64,000 nt of DNA from Patescibacteria group bacterium (GTDB taxonomy: Bacteria > Patescibacteriota > Patescibacteriia > CAIXNZ01): NCBI GenBank assembly GCA_041651155.1, contig JBAZJU010000007.1, forward strand, positions 15,693 through 79,692, given 5' to 3'. A program made the translations under genes and the position numbers. The notes beneath the pieces are model-generated. The model made no database searches and was not told the origin of the DNA. It saw only the letters and a list, made by a program, of their open reading frames with translations. Each line of letters begins with the position of its first letter. The stretch's first letter is position 1. Below are positions 1 to 11,015 of this stretch, one piece after another.

Positions 1-23
1 TTTAAAAATTAATAATAATTTTT

Positions 24-656
24 TTAAATCTCCCAATGGCTGACCAGATAGGCCAAATCAAGATCATCAATTATCCCGTCCTTATTAAAATCGCCGTCCG
101 ACCAATTTTTATTCCAATTAGAAACTAGTTTAGCCAAATCAAGATCATCAGTTATATTATCGCCGGTTATATCAGCAGAACCAATGCGGCTGATAAAAAC
201 CGCTACAGTTCCGCTGCTAGTGCCAGCTGAATTTTTGGCAATTAGAGTAAAAAAATTTAGTCCTATTTCCAAAGAAATTGATGCTTGCCAGGTTGTGGCT
301 GTTGGATAAGATACGGAATCATCTAAACTATTAATAAAAATCGTGGTATCAGCCTCTCGGCCGCCGCTTAAAACTAAGGCTGAATTGCTTGTTGGGCTGG
401 CAAATGCATCAACTGTTGGGATAGGCACTTCAAGCGGCAAATTTAGATTAGTATTAACATTTTCATTGCTATTTGTATTTGTATTGGTATTTGTATTGGT
501 AGGTGGTATATAAACGCCGCCTCCTCCTCCCCCGCCGTAACCAAAGGCAGTTTTAATGCCCCAAAACAGTCCAGTGCCTAAAAATCCAGACAAAACAATA
601 ATTGTGATAAAGAGAATAAAAAAACTAACAAATTGAAAAATTGATTTAGTCCTCAT
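24..656 (-). CDS. Membrane-anchored/secreted protein with Gly- and Thr/Asn-rich linker, Ig-like segment and C-terminal dockerin type I-like domain
   Basis: N-terminal hydrophobic helix; GGGGGGG and TNTNTNTN low-complexity linker; duplicated Ca-binding motif DITGDNITDDLDL / DFNKDGIIDDLDL. Confidence 0.75.
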   Translation of the reverse strand: MRTKSIFQFVSFFILFITIIVLSGFLGTGLFWGIKTAFGYGGGGGGGVYIPPTNTNTNTNTNSNENVNTNLNLPLEVPIPTVDAFASPTSNSALVLSGGREADTTIFINSLDDSVSYPTATTWQASISLEIGLNFFTLIAKNSAGTSSGTVAVFISRIGSADITGDNITDDLDLAKLVSNWNKNWSDGDFNKDGIIDDLDLAYLVSHWEI

Positions 657-821
657 ATTTTTCCAAATTTTTTATTAATTTAGAGTATTTAAATCTTTGT
701 TTAATTATCTGATTTTTTGAGTTTAAAGTCAATAAAAGTTATCCACTTTTTAAGCTAACCTTAGCTTAATTTTTAATTTATTTATTTTTAATTTATTTTT
801 AATCAACCACGAGAGAAAAGA

Positions 822-2492
822 TTAAAAATCAAGCAATTCATAGAGAACAATTTCACTGGAATCATATATTTTCCTGATTTTATCTGAGTCAAGAAAAAAA
901 TATTTAAAAATATCTTGATTTTTTAAGTCCTGTGCAAAAATAATATATTTGATATTTTTAGCTTTTAGGTCACTAATAACTGTAAGAGCTGGTAAATTAT
1001 CAGGGGTTAAGACCAAATTATTTATTTCTTGATATTCAGTTTGGGTGGATTGGGTTAAAATATTATTAATTTCCATATTTTCACTTTGGATAATTGGCTG
1101 ATCAAAAAAAGCAAAGGCGGGATTAGCAATAATTAAATTGTGATTAAAATTAAAAGACAAATATTGATGCCAGGGCAAAAATAAAACTTTGAATCCTGAT
1201 TTGTCTTGATTCAATATCTGATTTACTTTGTGCCAGCTTTGAGGATACCAGACAGGCTGTAATTGTCGGGCAAAACCGCCTAAAATCGGATAAGTGTATA
1301 AAAGCGGAATTATAAATAAAGCTCCCAAAATTAAATTAAAGCATTTAACTCTTTTTAGCTTTAAAAATTCTGTTATTGCAATTATGCCCAGCCCGCCAAA
1401 ATAAGCATAACTTAATGCCAAAAATCCGCTGAATTTTTGCGTGTCGCGAAAACCGCGCCAGAAATTAATATGTTCAAACAGCCAAAGATTTATAGCTTTA
1501 AACCAAGTTTCAGCTAAGCCGGCTGAAAGAATAAAAGCAACCAGGCCCAAAATCAGGAAAAAAAGAGTTTTGTCTCTGTGTTTATCGTTTTTAATTCCAT
1601 AAATCAAACCCAAGGCGATAATTGATATTAATAACGCGCCAATAATTGACCAAAAAATAAAATTATCTTTAGGCCAGAGCCAGTAATCGGTCCAGGGCTG
1701 GTTTTCCTGCCAAAAACCATAAAGAACTAAAACATTCAAAGCGGTTCCTAAGCGCGGATCATTTGAAGTCTTAAACAATTTAATGTTTTGCTGGCTAAAA
1801 CTATTCAGGACTGATTGTTCTTGATTAATTAAATAAGGGATCAGCCAATAGCTGTTTAAAATTAAAAAGATAAAACCTAAAATTATGCTGAATTTTAAAA
1901 TATCTTTAGCTAATTCTAATTTTTTGGCAATCAGATTTTTGGCTAGTTGATATAATAAATAAATTACTAAAATCAAAATTGCCATGACTAAAAAATGCAG
2001 AGAAAATATGCCAATTAAAAATAACCAGCCTAAAAGCCAAGCTGAATTTTGCCAGCCGGGGCTTTTCGCAAATTTAAATAAATAAAAAATAAATGGTGGT
2101 AAAAGGGCGTAAGCAAAGAGATGCGTCCAATGGCCGGCTATAAATCTTTCATAAACAAAAGGGTTTATGGCGTAAAATAAACCGGCCCAGTAATTAACGT
2201 AATATTTTTTTGGTACTGGCAAAAATTTAGTTGCCAAATAAAATAAGCAAAAGAATAACGCGATAAGCATTATTTTTTGTATAATCCAGCCATCCAAAAA
2301 TAGATTTAAGAATTTGAGTGCATATTTGAGCAGTAAACTATTATAAAAAGAACCATCGCTGAATAATGTGTTTAGTTTGGGAGTAAAAACCATATCTAGA
2401 GTAAGAATATAGCCCGGTAAAAGCATCTGCCATAAAATTAAAATAACAAAAATTATAGAAAGATAGATTACGCCAGGTATTTTTTTTACCAT
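822..2492 (-). CDS. Polytopic membrane protein, probable GT-C-fold glycosyltransferase (AftD/DUF3367-like)
   Basis: More than 10 TM segments; YAINPFVYER and FRDTQKF motifs; soluble C-terminal VLFLPW domain; glycosylation context. Confidence 0.55.
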   Translation of the reverse strand: MVKKIPGVIYLSIIFVILILWQMLLPGYILTLDMVFTPKLNTLFSDGSFYNSLLLKYALKFLNLFLDGWIIQKIMLIALFFCLFYLATKFLPVPKKYYVNYWAGLFYAINPFVYERFIAGHWTHLFAYALLPPFIFYLFKFAKSPGWQNSAWLLGWLFLIGIFSLHFLVMAILILVIYLLYQLAKNLIAKKLELAKDILKFSIILGFIFLILNSYWLIPYLINQEQSVLNSFSQQNIKLFKTSNDPRLGTALNVLVLYGFWQENQPWTDYWLWPKDNFIFWSIIGALLISIIALGLIYGIKNDKHRDKTLFFLILGLVAFILSAGLAETWFKAINLWLFEHINFWRGFRDTQKFSGFLALSYAYFGGLGIIAITEFLKLKRVKCFNLILGALFIIPLLYTYPILGGFARQLQPVWYPQSWHKVNQILNQDKSGFKVLFLPWHQYLSFNFNHNLIIANPAFAFFDQPIIQSENMEINNILTQSTQTEYQEINNLVLTPDNLPALTVISDLKAKNIKYIIFAQDLKNQDIFKYFFLDSDKIRKIYDSSEIVLYELLDF

Positions 2493-2968
2493 AAGTTTCT
2501 GTTTTTTAGGTATTCACCAAATTTGTAATCAATTATCTGTAAAATAACAGTCATGACTAAGAAAAAAAATGCGTAAACAGCCATTTGCTCTGCCAGCGCC
2601 TCCTTTTTTAATATTAATAAAATCGGGCTGACTGCCAGGGAAAGCAAAGCCAAAACCGCGATAATCCTATTTTCCCAGCCATAAACGAGGAAAACTAGAA
2701 ATAGTAGCCACAAAATCGCATTTGATAACCCCCAAAGAAAAAATGCCACGATAGTAAACGCAACAACAATTAAACCCTGCCATTTTTTATATTTAATATC
2801 AGCTAAAATTTTTCTAAATATGTTTAATAAAAAAACCGAGGCAACTGTCCGATATTGTAAAATCACTTTTTTAAAAAAAACTAAAATTTTTAAATTAACT
2901 TTTTTGGTAAAAGTCAGGATTTCTCTAACGCTGGGGATTTTAAATTCAATTTTTATTTCTTTAGGCAT
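2486..2968 (-). CDS. Small hypothetical membrane protein
   Basis: 3-4 TM segments; tightly coupled to neighbours. Confidence 0.6.
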   Translation of the reverse strand: MPKEIKIEFKIPSVREILTFTKKVNLKILVFFKKVILQYRTVASVFLLNIFRKILADIKYKKWQGLIVVAFTIVAFFLWGLSNAILWLLFLVFLVYGWENRIIAVLALLSLAVSPILLILKKEALAEQMAVYAFFFLVMTVILQIIDYKFGEYLKNRNLW

Positions 2969-2971
2969 AGT

Positions 2972-5900
2972 TTACGCAGTTTTTATTTTTTTATTTTTTC
3001 TTTTTAATCTTAGACTCTTTATCTTCACATAAGCCAAATATCCCAAACAACCGGCTAAAGTTGTACCGCTAATAAGTAAGCCGAAATAAAACCATTGTTT
3101 GGGCTGGAATTCAATCATTAGTTCAAAATTATAGGTGTTGTCAGCATTCTTGACGCATTGATTTGGTTTTTGGCAGATTTTTTCAATCTCTAGCCACCAA
3201 GAATTAGCGTAGCCGTTGGCTAGAAAATGGTCTTTTTCGGCTAAGATATTGTTCTCAAACCATTCTTTAAGTTTATTTGCTTGCATCCCGCGAGGCGATG
3301 CTTTCCAGCCAGGATTGAATTTTTCAGAAAACACAAGCAGAAAATCATCAGCAGCGCCCGATATCTTCACTTGATATTTGGTGCCGGAAATTCTCTCGAA
3401 ATTATATTGCGGTAAATGTTTGATTTTGTTAGATGAGGCGATTTCATAGGTGTTTAAAAATAATTTATCGTCCAGATTGTTTTTGACAACTACTGTTCCC
3501 TTGGAACCGGCTGGAATTAAAAAACCATTGTTAACTTCTTTGGATGAATAAACATTGTTATCGCAACTGGCAAAAATTATGGGCTGATCATCCCGTTTTT
3601 CGCTAAGCAAATTCTTTAAATTTATAACCTCGCTGCTTTTATTATTAATCTCCAGATATGTGTAGCTTGCATTTTCAAGATTGCATTGCCCAAGTTTATG
3701 CGGCAGTAAAGTTTCTTGATCGTCAAGATAATTATAGGCGAAAATTTCCTGGCTATTGTTTTGAGCGCTGAATTTATTGCTTTGGCAAATAAAGTTGTCA
3801 GTAACAATATTGACCAGGGGTTCCAGATCTTTAGCGTCAGTTAAATAGGCAATTAATTTTTCATCAGCCGGAATGGTTATGGGGTAAGATATTTCTTTAT
3901 CAAGCCCAAGATAGCCGTCAGGTAGAAAGCTGCCAAAAACAGCAACCGGCTTAACTTCCTGGCCATTGCTTGTGAAGCCTTTTATAATTGTTTCCTTAGA
4001 GCCGTTTTGCAAATAAACCAAAAGACCGTTAAAGACATTGAATTGCGTGCTGGAATATTTTTTCAGTAATTTTTCATACGGGCATGACGCGTCTTTTTTC
4101 CCAAGCCGCAAAAATTCATCCCCCTGCTGGCAATTAATCACATAAGCCCATTGGTTTATATTGTTTTTTATTAAAAAGGTATCGGGCTTTAAATCCTGCC
4201 AAGACAGATTAGTATCATAGCTTAGTTCTATTTGCGCATTGCTATCGATCAGACTATCTATTTGAAAAATAACTTTTTGTTGCGCGGGTATTTTGATAAT
4301 TTGCGGCATTGGTTTTGTTTCCATGCCGTACCAGCCCGTGTCCCAAAATACGTGTACCGGCCTGATTAGTTTCCTTTCCTGGCTATTACTGAGGATAAAG
4401 CCGTTTATGGCCAGCTCAGTATTGCCTGTTTTCAGATAGATTAAGCTGGAATCTTTGGCGTTCCACGCCTCTCGGCTGAAAGAGGGAAAAGTATAGGGCG
4501 CTGATTGCGGATTGTTAAATGAGAGAATAGAATCTTTGTTTTGGCCATCTAGACGAATGATATTTTTCCATCCCGGATAGCTTTTAGCAATATATTTCCG
4601 TGAATTTAGGCTTTGCCACTTAAACTCTTTTTGGCTAAAAACTTGCTTATAGATTTCAATTTGCTTAGACAGAGTTTCATTGGGGCTAATGGTTTTAATT
4701 TCAATTTCCCGACTGTTTATTATTGTATTTTGTTCTAACTTGGCAGAGGCGGAGTTTTTAGGATTTTCATCCATAAAGATAACGGCGCTTTGATTATCGA
4801 AATTTTTGTTACTTAAGATAAATGGTAGGTTTTGGTAGTCGCCATCAGCCAGAAATATTTTTTCCGGCACATAAAAGCGCGGCAAATACTGTTCTCTTTG
4901 GAAAACTTGGAAAATATTATCCTCGTAAATCTTTTTGTTCTCAGGGAAAGAAACAAGTGATTCGTCAAAGCTATAGAATTTACCATTATTGTCATAATCA
5001 CTGCGAAAAATTACCTGTCCGATATTAAGCAGATCGAGCATTTTAGTCAGGGTGGTCTTATCGATTTTGGCAAAAAGATAAATAAGGGGAACCAATCTTT
5101 GATCCGAGATGCTGATTATTTCATCCGCTGCGATCTCTTTTATATAATCAGATCCGGCGTAACCCGATTTCCAATTATTATAATAATTATAGAAACTGGC
5201 AGTGGGGAAAACTAAGCTGCGGCCAATTAGGTCTTGCTGATGTAAAAAATTTCTAAGCATTTTATATTCAGCAGGGACTTGGGCATAGTATTCTTGCAAA
5301 TATTTCCCACCTTTGTAAATGACATCGCCGGTTATAAAAGGGTAGCTGACTATAAAGATTGGAATTAAAAATAGCAGGATGAAACTCTTAATTTTTCGCC
5401 GTAAAAACTGCAAACCAAATGCCAATAGTACGGCGAAGGCTAGGGTGTAAATAAACCCATATTTCGTACCGCCGGCACGAAAGGCTCTTTCCAGAAACGG
5501 AAATTTATCATAAATGAAGAATAGAGCATCTTTTAGCGGCGAGGAGCTGAAGACATTGAGGGTGAAAAAAATCAGGAAGGTGATGAGCCAGAACGTCTTG
5601 TCCTTAAAATTATTTTTTTCTTTATAAAATAATGAGAAAAGCAGGGCGATCGCAGTAATAAAAGAAAGAAGAATAAAACCGGTTTTTCGATAATTTTCAT
5701 GCCAGGGATAATAATAATCTTTATTTGTTTCCGCGTGAAAGCTCCATAGACCGAAATTACGCCAATTTTCAAGATTGGAAAAACTATTTAGCGCAATATT
5801 TTCTTTATCATCAATGGTATTTAGGCCAGACACATTATCGGCGCTAACATATTGGTTGTTCAAATCAAGAACAAATGGCAGCAGCCAAAAGCTGTTAAGC

Positions 5901-6604
5901 AGCAGGAAAAAAATAAAAAACCAAACTGTTTTTTTGAAAATATTCAATAAACCCTGGCGATTTACGATTAAGTTAGTAAGCACGTAGATAAAAGCAAGGG
6001 CAGCGATTAACAATAAAAATGCCGGGTTGCCGAAAGTTGTCGCGAGTGGCGTGATAAATATTAAGATTAAGGTTATGGCTAGGTTTCTTTTGCCCTCCAC
6101 ATAGTCAAGGAAAAGGAGCGTAAAAAGAGGGAGAAAGGCATAGAAGGGGAAGTAAAACCCTATTGACAGATACCAGACGGTTATGAGGGCGAAGGGGGAA
6201 AACATGTAGAAAATTGCGGCAACAAAGCAGACCAGATTATCTAATTTATAGCGCCTAAGTAGCAGATAGGCGGACAGGCCGGAAAAAACAAAGCAAATAT
6301 AAAAGAAAAATATTTCATAAATCAGGGAGCTGTTAAAAATTGCAAAAAAAGGAATCCCTGCGATAACAAAGGGGAAAAGATAGGCGTATTGCCGCAGATT
6401 GTGGCTGCCGAACAACTCGGCTGTCCGCCAGCCGGCGATCGTGTCTTTGAAATAATCCAAAAAATTTAGCGGCCAATAGAAGCTGCCTCCGGAGATAAAA
6501 CTCTCATTTTTGAACCAATGAAAAACCAATAATCCCAGAATAAAAAAGAGGCCGATAAAAATTTTGTTTTGTTCCTTAATGACAAACTCCCAAATTTTTT
6601 TCAT
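2972..6604 (-). CDS. Large membrane protein, probable GT-C-like glycosyltransferase with a large extracellular domain
   Basis: N-terminal multi-TM region (FYMFSPF, AFRAGGTKY); C-terminal FSEKFNPGW...HFLANGYANSW motif plus a terminal TM helix. Confidence 0.55.
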   Translation of the reverse strand: MKKIWEFVIKEQNKIFIGLFFILGLLVFHWFKNESFISGGSFYWPLNFLDYFKDTIAGWRTAELFGSHNLRQYAYLFPFVIAGIPFFAIFNSSLIYEIFFFYICFVFSGLSAYLLLRRYKLDNLVCFVAAIFYMFSPFALITVWYLSIGFYFPFYAFLPLFTLLFLDYVEGKRNLAITLILIFITPLATTFGNPAFLLLIAALAFIYVLTNLIVNRQGLLNIFKKTVWFFIFFLLLNSFWLLPFVLDLNNQYVSADNVSGLNTIDDKENIALNSFSNLENWRNFGLWSFHAETNKDYYYPWHENYRKTGFILLSFITAIALLFSLFYKEKNNFKDKTFWLITFLIFFTLNVFSSSPLKDALFFIYDKFPFLERAFRAGGTKYGFIYTLAFAVLLAFGLQFLRRKIKSFILLFLIPIFIVSYPFITGDVIYKGGKYLQEYYAQVPAEYKMLRNFLHQQDLIGRSLVFPTASFYNYYNNWKSGYAGSDYIKEIAADEIISISDQRLVPLIYLFAKIDKTTLTKMLDLLNIGQVIFRSDYDNNGKFYSFDESLVSFPENKKIYEDNIFQVFQREQYLPRFYVPEKIFLADGDYQNLPFILSNKNFDNQSAVIFMDENPKNSASAKLEQNTIINSREIEIKTISPNETLSKQIEIYKQVFSQKEFKWQSLNSRKYIAKSYPGWKNIIRLDGQNKDSILSFNNPQSAPYTFPSFSREAWNAKDSSLIYLKTGNTELAINGFILSNSQERKLIRPVHVFWDTGWYGMETKPMPQIIKIPAQQKVIFQIDSLIDSNAQIELSYDTNLSWQDLKPDTFLIKNNINQWAYVINCQQGDEFLRLGKKDASCPYEKLLKKYSSTQFNVFNGLLVYLQNGSKETIIKGFTSNGQEVKPVAVFGSFLPDGYLGLDKEISYPITIPADEKLIAYLTDAKDLEPLVNIVTDNFICQSNKFSAQNNSQEIFAYNYLDDQETLLPHKLGQCNLENASYTYLEINNKSSEVINLKNLLSEKRDDQPIIFASCDNNVYSSKEVNNGFLIPAGSKGTVVVKNNLDDKLFLNTYEIASSNKIKHLPQYNFERISGTKYQVKISGAADDFLLVFSEKFNPGWKASPRGMQANKLKEWFENNILAEKDHFLANGYANSWWLEIEKICQKPNQCVKNADNTYNFELMIEFQPKQWFYFGLLISGTTLAGCLGYLAYVKIKSLRLKRKNKKIKTA

Positions 6605-7311
6605 AAATTTTTTTTATAGATACATTCGTAATTCAGGGTCATTGTTTTATTCCTATCCAAAAAATCCAGCAGATAGCAAGCGGAATTAAAAACCAAGATA
6701 AACGGAGTAAAGAGCGCGATATATATATGATATGGCAGGCCCTTTTTAAAAAATAGTTTTATGCCCAGAGTATCAAAGATTAAGGCAATCACCTGAAATA
6801 TCCCGCCGTGCGGCGCGAGATGTTCCAGGGTAAATCCGCTTGATTCTCCCAAAAATTTTAGGCCGTATTTGGTAAAGCGAAAATAATCATAAGGAATCAT
6901 GTGTTCTTCAAAACAGAGATGCGTTGTTAAAAAAAGTTTACCTCCGGGCTTTAATATTCTATAAAATTCAGAGAATGCTACGTGCGGTTTTTTGATATGT
7001 TCTAATACTTGTGTGCACAAAATGTAGTCAAAGGAGCCAGTGGCAATCATTTTTAATCCGTCGTTAATATCCCCGACATAATCAATGCTTCCCTCAGTGT
7101 TTTGCGTAATATCCTGCGCAAAATACTGCAAATTTTTAAAATACGGCTTATAGGGTGTTTCCTCCGCGCCGATGTCTAGCAACTTTTTGCCTGCGACATC
7201 GCATTCAGCAACAACTTTTTTTACAAATTTTAAAATGCGATAGCGATGGTATCGGATTATTTTCATGGGGAAAATAAAGAAATATATTTTATATAATCGT
7301 TCAAGACGCAT
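6601..7311 (-). CDS. Class I SAM-dependent methyltransferase (type 11)
   Basis: LLDIGAEE, FDYILCTQVLEH, RILKPGG, PYDYFRFT motifs. Confidence 0.85.
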   Translation of the reverse strand: MRLERLYKIYFFIFPMKIIRYHRYRILKFVKKVVAECDVAGKKLLDIGAEETPYKPYFKNLQYFAQDITQNTEGSIDYVGDINDGLKMIATGSFDYILCTQVLEHIKKPHVAFSEFYRILKPGGKLFLTTHLCFEEHMIPYDYFRFTKYGLKFLGESSGFTLEHLAPHGGIFQVIALIFDTLGIKLFFKKGLPYHIYIALFTPFILVFNSACYLLDFLDRNKTMTLNYECIYKKNL

Positions 7312-9154
7312 GATATTTATTTAAAAAATAATTAAAATTAAAAATACGCAAAAGCAGGAACTGATTATCCCGCTGTCCGCTCAAATGTTCGCGAAATATT
7401 TTTTCGACATACGCTCGGTTGAAAAAAGGAGAAGGCTTTAAAAGATACTCTTTGAAAAGAGGCTCTAATTCTGTTTTGATCCATTTGTCGAGAGGGACGC
7501 CAAAGCCGCCTTTGGGCCGATAAATTATTTGCGGATCAATATATTGAGCCGCGATTTTTTTTAAAACATATTTTGTTACGCCATTTCGCACCTTCCATCT
7601 GCCGCTTAAGCTGAACAGGAATTCTGCCAGATCTTTGTCCAGAAATGGGTTTCTCATCTCGAGCGAATTACACATTGTGGCACGGTCGCCTTTGACCAAA
7701 TACCAGTCAGGCAGCAGAATTTTGCAATCCAGGTAAAGACTTTTGTTAATGGTATCGTTTTGCTTAAATTCTTGGGAGAGATTAATTGCTTCTGAAAAAA
7801 TTTGGTTTAAATCTAAAGATTTTAAAATTAGCAAGTTTTTTATTTCATTCGGTAAAAAGCCTCCGCTGCCCCAAATGAATTGCCTGATGGGAAAATCCAG
7901 GCCGAAAACCTTTAAGAATCTTGAATAATTATTACCCTGAGGAATAATTGCTCCAAGCAGGCCGGCGAGAAATCCAAAATATTTGTAATCTTCTGCAAAT
8001 TTCTGCGCTTTGTATTTTTCATACCCTCCAAAAACTTCATCGCCGCCATCGCCGCTTAAAGCTACTGAAATATTTTTTTTAGCGAATTTGGCAATGAAGT
8101 GCAGCGGAATAATTGCCGCGTCAGCCATGGGTTCGTCAAGGTAATCAATAATTTCAAGAAAATTCGACTCAACAAGGCTGTCTTCAAATTGGCAAAGATG
8201 ATAATTAATGCCCAGTGATTTTGCCGCCTTTTCAGCATAAAAAGATTCATCCGCGAATGGAGAGTCTTTGTAGCAAACCGTGAATGAATTTACATTTGAA
8301 GAGTTTTGAGACAAGTAATAAGATATAATACTGCTATCAACCCCGCCGCTTAAGAAAACTCCGAGAGGAACATCGGACATGAGCCGTTTGCTGACAGCAT
8401 CTTTAAGCAACTTTTCCGTTTTTTCTAAAATTTCTTTTTCACTAATATTATTATTTAGCTTGATATCTTCAAGGCGCCAGAATCGATATCTCTTAATAAT
8501 TTCCCACTTTTTGACATCAAACTGAAAAGTCGAGGACGGCTCCAGTTTTTTTATCTGTTCAAAAATTGTGTTAGGGGAAGGGATGTAGCCATAAAATAAA
8601 TATTTAATTAAAGAAGCTTGATCGATTAACAGCCTCTTTTTGATTTCAGGATTCATAATCAGCGCTTTTAGCTCAGAAGCAAAGCAAAAAGTATCTTGAT
8701 CGTGATAATAATAGAGCGGTTTTTTGCCAAAGTGATCGCGAGCCAATGTCAGAATTTCTTTTTCTTTATCATAAATACCAAATGCAAACATGCCTTCTAT
8801 TTTTTCAACAATTTTTTGTCCAAACTCTTCATAGCCATGAATTAAGACTTCCGTGTCTGTGCGGCTTTGCCATAAATGCTTTTGTTTTAAGTTGCGCTTT
8901 AAGTCCTGATAGTTGTAGATTTCGCCATTAAAGACAATGGCAATTTTTTTGTCTTCATTAAACATGGGTTGCCGGCCAGCTTCAGATAAATCTATTATTG
9001 ACAGTCTTTTGTGGCCTAAAATTATCTTTTCATCCGTATATATGCCTTCTTGATCGGGTCCTCTTTTTTTAAGCATATTCAACATGCCCTGAAAAATTTC
9101 AAGATCTCCGCTATTAATTCCATTTTTTTTAAGCAGACCCAAAATACCACACAT
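7301..9154 (-). CDS. asnB: Asparagine synthase (glutamine-hydrolysing) family amidotransferase, probably sugar amidation
   Basis: N-terminal MCGI, RGPD, FNGEIYN, LSGGVDSS, SGDGGDE. Confidence 0.92.
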   Translation of the reverse strand: MCGILGLLKKNGINSGDLEIFQGMLNMLKKRGPDQEGIYTDEKIILGHKRLSIIDLSEAGRQPMFNEDKKIAIVFNGEIYNYQDLKRNLKQKHLWQSRTDTEVLIHGYEEFGQKIVEKIEGMFAFGIYDKEKEILTLARDHFGKKPLYYYHDQDTFCFASELKALIMNPEIKKRLLIDQASLIKYLFYGYIPSPNTIFEQIKKLEPSSTFQFDVKKWEIIKRYRFWRLEDIKLNNNISEKEILEKTEKLLKDAVSKRLMSDVPLGVFLSGGVDSSIISYYLSQNSSNVNSFTVCYKDSPFADESFYAEKAAKSLGINYHLCQFEDSLVESNFLEIIDYLDEPMADAAIIPLHFIAKFAKKNISVALSGDGGDEVFGGYEKYKAQKFAEDYKYFGFLAGLLGAIIPQGNNYSRFLKVFGLDFPIRQFIWGSGGFLPNEIKNLLILKSLDLNQIFSEAINLSQEFKQNDTINKSLYLDCKILLPDWYLVKGDRATMCNSLEMRNPFLDKDLAEFLFSLSGRWKVRNGVTKYVLKKIAAQYIDPQIIYRPKGGFGVPLDKWIKTELEPLFKEYLLKPSPFFNRAYVEKIFREHLSGQRDNQFLLLRIFNFNYFLNKYHAS

Positions 9155-9158
9155 ATAT

Positions 9159-10073
9159 TTATTTTAGATAAGAAAATCTTAATTTTTTAGTAAATAGATA
9201 AATAATTCCGTCAATAAATCCCACCCAATACGAACGCATTAAATCAAACCTCCTGTATTTTAAAATTAATAAAGTATACAGCAAGGGCCATAACCATGAA
9301 AAAAATAAAAAATATATTATTTTGTGATAAAATCGTCCATAACGTGAAACAATTACTGTTCTGTTGCGTATTAAGCAGTAGGATTTTTGACTAAATGTGC
9401 CACCCAGCATTCTGGGCGTGAATTGTCCATTGGGCAATACATCGTGATAGGTTAGCGCTTTCGTAACAATGCCGCATTTGAACCCGGATTTTTTGGCATT
9501 AAAAGCAAAATCCGGCTCGGTGTAGGTTTGAATCAATCTTTCATCAAAATAACCGCACTTGTCAAAAATTGCTTTTTTGATTAAAAACACATTGGGGACG
9601 CCATCGCTGTCACAGATTTCTCTTTTTTTGGCATCAATCTTTCCCGCAGTTTTTCCGGTAAAAAAACTTATTTTTTGAAAATCGAGATACTTTTTGCAAT
9701 TCTCGAGAAAATACATGGACGGTCCCAAGATTCCGTACTCAGTATGCTTGTCAGCCGCGTAAACCAGGCGCGCAATCATTTCCGGGTCGATAATATTGTC
9801 ATCATCGATAAATAGGACATATTTACCTGTCGCAAGCCTGGCGCCAATGTTTCTGGACGAAATCATCATTCGCTGCTTTGAATTGTGGACAAACTTGCAA
9901 TTTTTGATGTTCATATCGGTCGAGCAAAGAGTTTGAGTGCCGTCAGAAGAGTTGTCGTCAACGATAATTATCTCCCACTCAAAATTCAGATCCTTTGATT
10001 TTTGGATTGACTTAGCGCACTTCAGTAAATTGTCCTCTCTGTTCCTGGTTGTAATAACTATTGAAAGTTTCAT
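9159..10073 (-). CDS. Glycosyltransferase family 2
   Basis: LSIVITTRN, IIVDDNSSDGT, FIDDD. Confidence 0.9.
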   Translation of the reverse strand: MKLSIVITTRNREDNLLKCAKSIQKSKDLNFEWEIIIVDDNSSDGTQTLCSTDMNIKNCKFVHNSKQRMMISSRNIGARLATGKYVLFIDDDNIIDPEMIARLVYAADKHTEYGILGPSMYFLENCKKYLDFQKISFFTGKTAGKIDAKKREICDSDGVPNVFLIKKAIFDKCGYFDERLIQTYTEPDFAFNAKKSGFKCGIVTKALTYHDVLPNGQFTPRMLGGTFSQKSYCLIRNRTVIVSRYGRFYHKIIYFLFFSWLWPLLYTLLILKYRRFDLMRSYWVGFIDGIIYLFTKKLRFSYLK

Positions 10074-10079
10074 GGTAGA

Positions 10080-11015
10080 TTATTTTTTGCCTATAACTTT
10101 AACCATCGGCCAGAATAATTTTGAATTACTTGCCAGCCGAATGCACGTGCGCCTTAAACATTTAGGAATAAAATCAAACACTAGATTAACTTGGAATTTT
10201 TCAACCACTACTTTTTTAAACCCCGCGTCTCTATGGATGTTTTTTAGGGTTGAACCCAGAAACGACATTTCATAGCCAAAAACCATGTGTCTTCCCTTTA
10301 GTAGCTTTATATGAATAAATTCTGCTATCTGCTTTAGGACAGGAAGGTTGGGGATATTACCCCAAATTTGCCTATAAGTTAAAGATCCCAGATTTAAATA
10401 AGGGACTGTATTAAAACTTATTCCATTTTTTTTTAACACTCTATGCAATTCATTAATACATATCTGGGTATTTTTAAAATGCTCAATTACCCCTGCTCCA
10501 TAGATTAGGTCAATTACATCTTCTTTAATTGGCAGATTTAAAATATTGCCTTGTATTAATAAATAATTCTTACAACCTTTATCATCCAGCATTTTTTTGG
10601 CAATTTTTAGCGCGGACGGGCAAAAATCAATGCCGATTATCAGCCTGCATTTATTCGCAATTTCTTGGCCAAAAAACATAGGGCCGCATCCAATTTCTAA
10701 ATAGACTAAATCACTATCTATTTTTTTGTATTCATCTAGCTGTTGATACACGTCTGTGTTATATCTTTCTTTATAATCTTCTTCGGCCTTTATATATATT
10801 TTCCCCGTTAACTGCCTGCTATAAGATTCATCCCATTTTTTTATTGATAATTCTAAGTCCGCGGCTGGATCAAGCGCAATTTTTATAATATTGCCTTCAA
10901 TTATTTCGTATTGCTTGTCACATTTTCTGCAAATTAAAAAATTATTTTGATTCAATAAATCTGATTTGCATTTCGGGCAGCAAATATATTCCATTATTTC
11001 TTTTTCATTTTTCAT
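10080..11015 (-). CDS. SAM-dependent methyltransferase with N-terminal Trm112-like zinc knuckle
   Basis: ICCPKCK...CRKC; LEIGCG; GVIEH; RVLKKNG. Confidence 0.85.
   Translation of the reverse strand: MKNEKEIMEYICCPKCKSDLLNQNNFLICRKCDKQYEIIEGNIIKIALDPAADLELSIKKWDESYSRQLTGKIYIKAEEDYKERYNTDVYQQLDEYKKIDSDLVYLEIGCGPMFFGQEIANKCRLIIGIDFCPSALKIAKKMLDDKGCKNYLLIQGNILNLPIKEDVIDLIYGAGVIEHFKNTQICINELHRVLKKNGISFNTVPYLNLGSLTYRQIWGNIPNLPVLKQIAEFIHIKLLKGRHMVFGYEMSFLGSTLKNIHRDAGFKKVVVEKFQVNLVFDFIPKCLRRTCIRLASNSKLFWPMVKVIGKK

Noticed and set aside
440-545. TNTNTN and poly-Gly DNA repeats as a contingency locus
   Set aside because: Codons are degenerate; explained by a low-complexity protein linker
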